Below, piece after piece: positions 55,701-64,000 of a stretch of 64,000 nt of DNA (position 1 is its first letter; every line of letters starts with the position of its first letter). The translations under genes were made by a program, and so were the position numbers. This DNA comes from the human T2T-CHM13v2.0 reference genome, Homo sapiens, in NCBI RefSeq assembly GCF_009914755.1, contig NC_060925.1; one strand, given 5' to 3'. Below the pieces are notes generated by a model. That model was not told where the DNA came from, searched no databases, and saw nothing but the letters and a program-made list of their open reading frames with translations.

Positions 55701-57350
55701 AAGCAAGCTCTTTTGGCTCAACTCCTGCCCAGCTCCCAACCGCCTTTGTAGGCCCCGAACTTTCTCCAGCCAAGTTCTTCGGGCCTAATTCCTGCCGCCC
55801 GGTGGCCTGTACAGGCCCAGCACTGGTTGGAGAACAGCCTCTGCAGGCCCCGCGCTTGCCTCCCAGGGGCCTCTCCAGGCCCAGCTCTTGCCCCCATGGC
55901 GGCCTCCCGGGGCCAAGTCCCTGCCTGCCTCCCAGCAGCCCACGTGCGGCCCAGCTCCTCCCTCACGGTGGCCTGTTGATGCCCAACTCATGCATCTGGC
56001 ACACTGCCCAGAGGCGTGAGCCCTTGCCTCACACTGGCTCCTCCCACGCTGAGAGAGGTCAGTGTGAGCCCTTGCCTCACACCGGCCCCTCCCGCGCTGA
56101 CAGAGGTCAGCCTGAGCCCCTGCCTCAACAGGCCACCGTGAGGGAGGAGCAGGGTCGCACGCGGGCTGCTGGGAGGCAGGCAGGGACTTGGGCCTGGGAG
56201 GTCGCTGTGGGGCGAGAGCTGGGCCTGGAGACACCCCTGGGAGGCAACAGCGGGGCCTGCAGACGCTCTTCTCCAGCCAGAGCTGGGACTGTTCAGGCTA
56301 TTGGAGGCGGGATGTGGGCCTGAGCGCTTGGTTGCAGAAACTTCGGGGTCAACAAATGCCGGCGGGAGCTGAGCCAAAAGAGCTTGTTTGCTGAGAGGCA
56401 GGAGCTGGGCCGGGAGATGCAGCCAGGAGGAACAGCTGGGCCTGCAGAGGCCGCCATGGGGGAGACAGAGGCCGGGCCTCCTCAATTCGGCCTCTCCAGA
56501 CCCACTTGCAGCCTCCCGGCGTCCTCTCCGGGCCCAGCTCTTCCTCCCGGCTGCGTCTCCAGGCCCGACTCTGGCCTCCCAACAACGTCTTTGGACTCAG
56601 CTCCTGCCCAGCTCCCAGTGGCCCTGGTAGGCCCACAACTTCCCGAAGCCAAGTTCCCCAGGCCCAGGTCAGGCCTCACGGTGGCCTCTCCAGGCTCAGC
56701 TCCTGCCCTCCGATGGCATCTGCAGGCCCCAAACGGCCTCCGGTCGGTGGGCTCCTCTAGGCCCAGCTTGGGCCTCCTGGCGGCCTCTGCAGGCCCAAAT
56801 CGTCCCGAAGTCGGCCTCTCCAGGCCCAGCTTGGGCCTCCCGGCGGCCTCTGCAGGCCCAAGTCATCCTCAAATCGGCCTGGAATTGGGCCTGGAAGAGC
56901 AGCAAGTCGGCCTCCCCGGGCCCAACTCCGTCCTCTCGGCGGCCTCTCCAGGTGCAAAACTTCCTCGAGTCAGCCTCTCCAGGCCCAGCTCCTCCTGCCT
57001 CCCAGTGGCCTCTTTCGGCCCAGCCCAGCTCATGGCTCTCGGCGGCCTTCCCAGGCCCCGCTTTTGACTTTTGGCGGCCTCTTCAGGCCCAGAACTTGAC
57101 CTCCAGTGGGCCTTTGCAGGCCCGGCCTCCTGCCTCTCGAAGGCCTGCACGGGCCCGGCCTCGGCCTCACAGCGGACTCTCCACGCCCAGCTAGCTCTCG
57201 CCTCACTGCGGCCTCCGGAGTCCAAAACTCCTGCCTCTCGGCCGCTTCAGCAGGTCCAGCTCCTGCCTCCCAGTGGCCTCTTTAGGCCCAGCTCATTCCT
57301 CACAACGGCCTTCCCAGGCCCCGTTTTTCCCTTCCGGCAGCCTCTTGGCC
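49740..57350 (+). ncRNA. Paralogue of the multi-copy segmental-duplication lncRNA family (LOC729737-like); predicted exons ?-50228, 50456-50513, 50607-?
   Basis: Donor GAG|GTGAGT (50229), acceptor CTCAG| (50455), 58-nt exon, donor ATG|GTGAGT (50514), acceptor TTTTGGCCCAG| (50606). The 227/58/93-nt spacing matches my recollection of LOC729737. The ends, and expression from this copy, are unknown. Confidence 0.5.
50176..50595 (+). mobile_element. MER1A (hAT-Charlie) DNA transposon, 3'-truncated by the repeat array
   Basis: Starts CAGGGGTCCCCAACCCC; contains TCTGTATTTACAGCC, TAGATTCTCATAGGAG, TTGCAGGAAAACAAGC and CTGATTCTACATTATGGTGAGTT. Confidence 0.85.
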
Positions 57351-57352
57351 TC
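50597..57352. repeat. ~6.8-kb degenerate GC-rich tandem array (core GGCCTCTCCAGGCCCAGCTCCTGCCTC) with a 1132-bp higher-order duplication and internal inversions
   Basis: The core motif recurs every ~30-60 bp. Near-identical ORFs 54402-54641 and 55534-55773 are offset by 1132. Inverted units start at ~54994 and ~56125. Confidence 0.92.
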
Positions 57353-57459
57353 TAATTTGTTTATCTTTTGGGTATAAATCCCAAAATATTGAATTTTGGA
57401 ATATTTCCACCATTATATAAATATTTTTTTCGGCAATTTATTTGGAGTGAGTTTCTGCA

Positions 57460-60400
57460 CCATGCCCGAATTTTTTATTCTATTTTCCTTATTATTTGGT
57501 GTTAAACAGGTTTAATGACGGTCATGGCAACTTTTTGGCACAATGAAAAATATCGCCCATGATCAACGTGTTCTTTTCTGGGGAAGGGGGCAAAGGCAGG
57601 GTGAATCACTTTCTTAAAAAGTATAGCTCAAGTTGGGAGTGCAGAGGGAATGGGGAGAAAACCCTCCCGCTCCCTGTGTCGAAGTGCAGGAGCCCCCACC
57701 CCCATACTCACCTGAGTCCAGCCCCTCTGAGGAAAGAAGGGGTGCATGAACTCCCCCTAGTCCACAGGCGCCTCCCTGTGGCCCAAGGCCCTCTTCACAC
57801 TCCATCTTGTAGCCCCAGCAGGAGCTATTTTCCGAAAAGTGAAAAGCTCTGAAGGTCCCACAATTCATGGTATGTACAGGGGCTCGGAGGAGGGAAACTG
57901 CCCAGCTTTCCCCCGGCACAGCTGCAGGGGTAGGGGGTATAGATAAGAGGAGCAGGCCTTGGCCAGGCGTGGTGGCTCACGCCTGTAATCCCAGCACTTT
58001 GGGAGGGGGAGGCAGGCAGATCACGATGTCAGGGGATCGAAATCAGCCTGGCCAAGATGATGAAGCCCCGTCTGTACTAAAAATACAAAAATTAGCTGGA
58101 CGTGGTAGCGTGCACCTGTAATCCTAGCTACCCGGAAGGCTGAGGCAGGAGAATGGTGTGAACCCAGCGGGAAGAGGTTGCAGTGAGCCAAGATCGCACC
58201 ACTGCACTCCAGCCTGGGCGACAGAGCAAGACTCGGTCTCAAAAAAAAAAAAAAAAAAAAAAAAGAGGCAGGCCTTATTCCGTCCCAAACTGAAAGGATT
58301 AAATGGCTTTACCTGGGAGAAGATAACCATCCTGCCCTCCATTGCTACCCCCACATACTGTCCATGTTCTCAGGGGGTACTGTGAGTCCTGGGATCTTCT
58401 TTGGGGTCGCCCACCTGCCTGTGGTAGTTATGGAGACCCCCAGGTGTTGAGGCAGGGCTGGGGTGTCCCCTTCCAACCAGGCTGTCAAGGCCCCAACTCT
58501 GGGGCAGAGGCAGTGGCAGGGCAGCCAGGGTTGCGCCAGAGCCTGAGCAGGGTGAGGTGGGGTCAGGCAGGGCTGGGAGTCAGGGCAGGGGCAGCAGCAG
58601 TGGACCCGCTATGCACACATCTTCTTCTCCAAGGTTTGTGTGCAGAACATCCTGCCCATGCTGCCCCAGCAGCTTCAGTTGGCACCTGCCCCAGTCCAGC
58701 CTCTGGGAACCATGCAGCGGCTCCCAGCGGCCCTGCACCCACCACCAGCATCCGTTTCACCTGCAGTTGAAGATCCGTGAGGTGCCCAGAAGATCATGCA
58801 GTCATCAGTCCCACGGAGCAGCCCGCGAGGCTGAGGCTCCTCCCACTGGACCGCCCCCCCAACTGGCACCACTGCTGCCCCTGCCCCTACTCTCAGCCTC
58901 ACGTGACTCTCGGGCAGAGGCAGTGGTGGGGCAACCAGGGCAGCGTCAAGAGTCTGAGCCAGGTGAGGTCCGGTCAGGAACCCCACAGGGCTGGGAGTCA
59001 GGGCAGGGGCAGAACAAACCTTGGAGGGGAAGATGTGTGCATAGTGGGCCTGGAGAGCAGCTGTGGCCTAGTGGACAGGAAGAAGCAGTGGGCCTGGAAG
59101 AGCTGCATGATCAGGGCCGGCACTGGTCCGGGGCGCGTGCAGTGAAGAGGACAGCGCCTTCTCGGTCTCCGGTTCCCTGAGCCTGTCCTCAGCTTCTCCA
59201 CCTGTACAGGCAAAGGGGAAGCTGTCCCCATCACACATGGCACACTTGGGGGTGTTGGGCTTTGGGCTGCAGCTGGAGCACCTTCTCATCTTGCATCTGG
59301 GCGTGGTGGGGTCCTCCAGTGTGGGATCCATGTCCGTGGGGTTCCCTCTGCCCTGACCCCAAAAGCCCAGTCAGTTTCTCTTCAGGCTCTGCCCCCTGGG
59401 TGGCTCAGCCCAGCTCCTGCCTAGGAAAGCCTTAGTGTTGGGAGGGACCCTGATGACTGAGGAGCCTGGTAGTTCCAGGTCGCCCACACTTTCAGGTCTC
59501 TTGCACCAGAAGGTGGCAGGATCCATTGGGAGGAAACAGATCGCCTTGGAAGGCGTCCCTGGGCCCCCATCCCCAGGGGTAGGGGCCGTAGGGGGCCCGC
59601 TCTGCTGTCTTGACCAGACTCCTGGGCTTTGAAGGCTCCTGGGCCCAGTAAGAAGGAGGTGGGTGCCAAGGTTGAGGAGGAAGCATCCGAGTATGTGTAG
59701 GAGGAGGACAGGGTGGGACCATAGACTTTGCCAAAAGCTGCAGGTGGATCGGGGGACCCTGGGGGCTCAGGATCTAGCAAGGGGCGGCAGGAGTAAAGGA
59801 GGAAGGAATGACAGGTGCAAATACCTTCCCACCAAAGCCCTTGTTGCCCTCTGGCTCCTCCCCAGAGTTGTCCCCACTCTCAGTCGGTCACCCACTCCTT
59901 GAACTTGAGATCAGTGTCAGTGGTGCTAAAGCCATCATCAGCAATGACATCATCACCCCCTCCTCCTCATGGATGACCGTGTGCTCCTCGTCACTCGCTA
60001 TGTCCTCACTGGCCATGTGCTGGGAATGAGCAGCTCAGGTGGGCAGCAGCAGGGCTGCCCACTGGTCACCTCCCTCACCAGGGGCTGCAAAGTGGCCTGG
60101 AGCTCCATACTGAGTAGAAGGCTTTGGGCCAGAGTATGATGCAGTGCCAGACACCACCTGTGTCAGTTCCTGTAGTGCCTGACGGTCTATTTCCCTGCCG
60201 TCCAGGCTGTGTACCCCACTGTGGGAGAAGGCTTGGGCCAGGCTGAGCCAGGTTTCCTGACTGTGTGCAGCCGTTCTGCCCCACAGAAGCTGCTCCTTGG
60301 TATCCGAGCTCTGGAGTGTTTGGGCTGCAACTGACAGGAGTTCAGAGGACACCCCAGGGGCAGTGGCAGTGCCCATCTCTGATATGCTCCACTCCCACGA

Positions 60401-61340
60401 GCCCTTGTTACACTCCTGCTAGCCCCTGGCTTGTGGGCTTGGCCTCTGAGCTGGACTTCTTTTGGTCCTTGTTGCAAGTGGGCCACCTTCACCTGGAAGG
60501 CCAGGTCGTATTTCTGCATCTCATTGGGCCCCAGGGTGTACCATTGCTCGCTCAGCATCTGGCTGATGGTCCGGTTATCCTGGTTGGGGTGACCCTGGTG
60601 CGCCCTGCCAGGGCCTGGTGCTGCTTGCTGAAGATTATGACTGCCACTCATGGGCCACCAGATGTGGTCCTTGTCCCATTTGTTGGGGCTGCGTCCATCC
60701 TTCTCAGAAGATGAGTCCTGTTCCTTGCGCAGGGCACTGAGGGACTGGGCCTGACATCATCTGAGTGGTAGAGGCAACTGGGTGTCAGGAGACATGATGG
60801 AGAGGAAAGCATCATCATGGTCATTCTCTGTCTCACTGTCCAGCAGGGACTCCCCTGAGGGGCTCAGGGCCCCTCCTCCATGGTGGGAGGTGAGCTTTTA
60901 CCAGGTTCCACCACCCCCAAAGTGTGTGGGGTTGCGGGCCCTGGGCTTTCAGGGCAGGTGGCTCCAGGGGGCCGCCCAGGGTCAACACTCCCCGTCCCAC
61001 CTGGTGGACGCTCATGAGCAACAGCTGCCAACTTGGCAGGTTGTTTTCTCTGGTTGGAGGCCACTGAGTGACTGGCAGTTTGCTGGGCCTCATGTGGCTG
61101 CAGGGAGGGGTCAGGAAGGGGATGGAGTACCAGGGGAACACGGCCACAGAGTGACCTTCCACATTCCTCCACACGAACATGCTGACGCCACGGGAGGCCT
61201 CACTGAACGCAGGCCTGGGGGCCGAGTACTTGGTCCGGGCAGGGGGTTCCTGGCAGGGGCTCACACCTCCTCGCCCCCTCCTCAGCCAAGGTGGCTTGGG
61301 CCCAGAGAAGGGGGGGTTGGAGAGGAGCAGAAGGCCAGGC
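57460..61340 (-). pseudogene. CICP26: Processed capicua (CIC-S isoform) pseudogene, rearranged; probably CICP26 (number from memory)
   Basis: Intronless, frameshifted CIC homology. N-terminus (K)[20 protein letters not shown] with ATG->AAG at 61229-61231; HMG box [22 protein letters not shown]; EDPTTP..KMRRCSSCSPKPNTPK; C1 domain; terminal TGR at ~58414. The presumed 3'UTR is interrupted by an Alu. Confidence 0.88.
57961..58264 (+). mobile_element. Alu inserted in the CIC pseudogene 3'UTR
   Basis: Full Alu with an A-tail and a degenerate TSD AAGAGG(A)GCAGGCCTT. Confidence 0.92.
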
Positions 61341-62005
61341 CTCAAGTTTTGTTTTTTTTGTTTGTTTTGTTTTTTGTTTTTGAAATGTAGTTTGACTCTT
61401 GTCACCCAGGCTGGAGTGCAGTGACACGATCTCAGTGGCCTTCATACCTGGCTAATTTTTTGTATTTTTACTGGAGGTGGGGTTTTGCCATGTTGGCCAG
61501 GCTGGTCTTGACCTCCCGTCCTCAGGTGATCCACCAACCTCGGCCTCCCAAAATGGGATTACAGGCATGAGCCACCGCTCCCAACTTCATTCATTTTTAC
61601 TTGAAAAACTCCGTTAAGCATTTTTTTAAGGTAGACCTAGTGGTCCTGAATGCCCTCAGCTTTGTTTGTCGAGGAAACACATTATTTCTTCTTTCTTTCT
61701 GAAGGACAGCTTTGTCAGACATAGTATTAGTTGCTGGCAGTTTTTTTCTTTCAGCACTTTGAATGTATTATTCGATTCTGTCCTGACCTGCAAAGTTTCT
61801 TTAACTTTTGACTATTTGATTATATTGTGACTTGGTGAGTATCTATTTGGTTTGAACCTCTTTAGGAATCTTTAAGCTTCATGGATTTAGATGTCTAAAT
61901 ATTTCCCATGATTTAGGCAGTTTTCAGCCATTCTTTAAATAAGCTTTCTTTTCCTTTCTCTACTTTCCTTCTCAAACTCTCATAACCTGACAATGGTTTG
62001 CCTAA

Positions 62006-62957
<952 letters not shown>

Positions 62958-63116
62958 ATTCCATATCTGAGTGTTTACTCCTGAGTTTTTGAGATTGCTA
63001 TTAAGATCGTGCTCTACTGTGATGATTTGGGTTTGTTTGATAATCAGAAAAAAGCATATCCTTTTGGGTGTTCAGCCACACTGCTTTGGTGTCACAACTG
63101 CACATTGGTTTCACAG

Positions 63117-63299
63117 CTGCAGGACAAGTTCGAGCATCTTAAAATCATTCAACAGGAGGAGATAAGGAAGCTCGAGGAAGAGAAAAAACAACTGGTAGGA
63201 GAAATCATAGATTTTTATAAAATGAAAGCTGCCTCTGAAGCACTGCAGACTCAGCTGAGCACTGATACAAAGAAAGACAAACATCGTAAGAAGCAATAG
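63117..63299 (+). pseudogene. SEPTIN14P17: SEPTIN14 last-exon duplicate (unprocessed fragment); possibly SEPTIN14P17 (number from memory)
   Basis: An intact acceptor TTGGTTTCACAG| is followed by [60 protein letters not shown], the SEPT14 C-terminal coiled coil. No upstream septin exons are in the window. Confidence 0.8.
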
Positions 63300-63411
63300 T
63301 TTCTCTTACTATTCTGAGAGACTTATCATTCTACATCCCATGTTCCTGTGAGATTGTCTTTGTAGCATTTAACTCTAATTGCAGTTCTCATTTTAAAAAT
63401 TGGCTTGCTTA

Positions 63412-63751
<340 letters not shown>

Positions 63752-64000
63752 GGGTGAAATTGAAGGCAGGTCCTGTGTCCATCTTTTCAGATTCTGTATC
63801 CCAGCACTTAGGACATAGACAAACACGAAGATGACAATCAATATTTGCCAAAATGAAAAAACAAAAGAAACATGTAATATCATGTAAAAGAAGCTGGTTA
63901 GGTGGAGAAATTTATTTACCATAGTCTTGCTTGTGGATCCAGTAGTGACTTTTACATTTTATATCTAAATAGAAGCTGGAGGCTTTGTTGGGGACTCATA

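Overview
Human (primate) genomic DNA that I recognise as the WNT9A locus on chr1q42. The left half holds the complete WNT9A gene on the minus strand: 4 exons, 365 codons, a TATA/CpG-island promoter near 30.95 kb, a poly(A) signal near 1.70 kb, a GC-AG third intron and the intronic MIR5008 hairpin. 31.5-46 kb is upstream intergenic DNA rich in Alu, L1 and MLT remnants. From about 46.1 kb to the end lies a block resembling the multi-copy CICP/SEPTIN14P segmental duplication. It contains a MER1A-spliced lncRNA-type unit running into a ~6.8 kb GC-rich repeat array with large internal inverted repeats, a scrambled processed CIC (capicua) pseudogene and an orphan SEPTIN14 last exon. Top observations: (1) a 32-bp minisatellite in WNT9A intron 1 with 15 perfect AP-1 sites, most paired with a nuclear-receptor half-site, in near-helical phase; (2) a strong-context upstream ORF overlapping the WNT9A start; (3) a 3'UTR tandem array built from copies of WNT9A's own last codons; (4) two miR-140-5p 8mer sites; (5) a DNA-transposon-derived micro-exon that would supply an in-frame ATG to a 389-codon repeat ORF; (6) a multi-template-switch inversion inside the CIC pseudogene. 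Exon boundaries were counted by hand. Repeat boundaries and subfamily names are approximate, and no database was searched.
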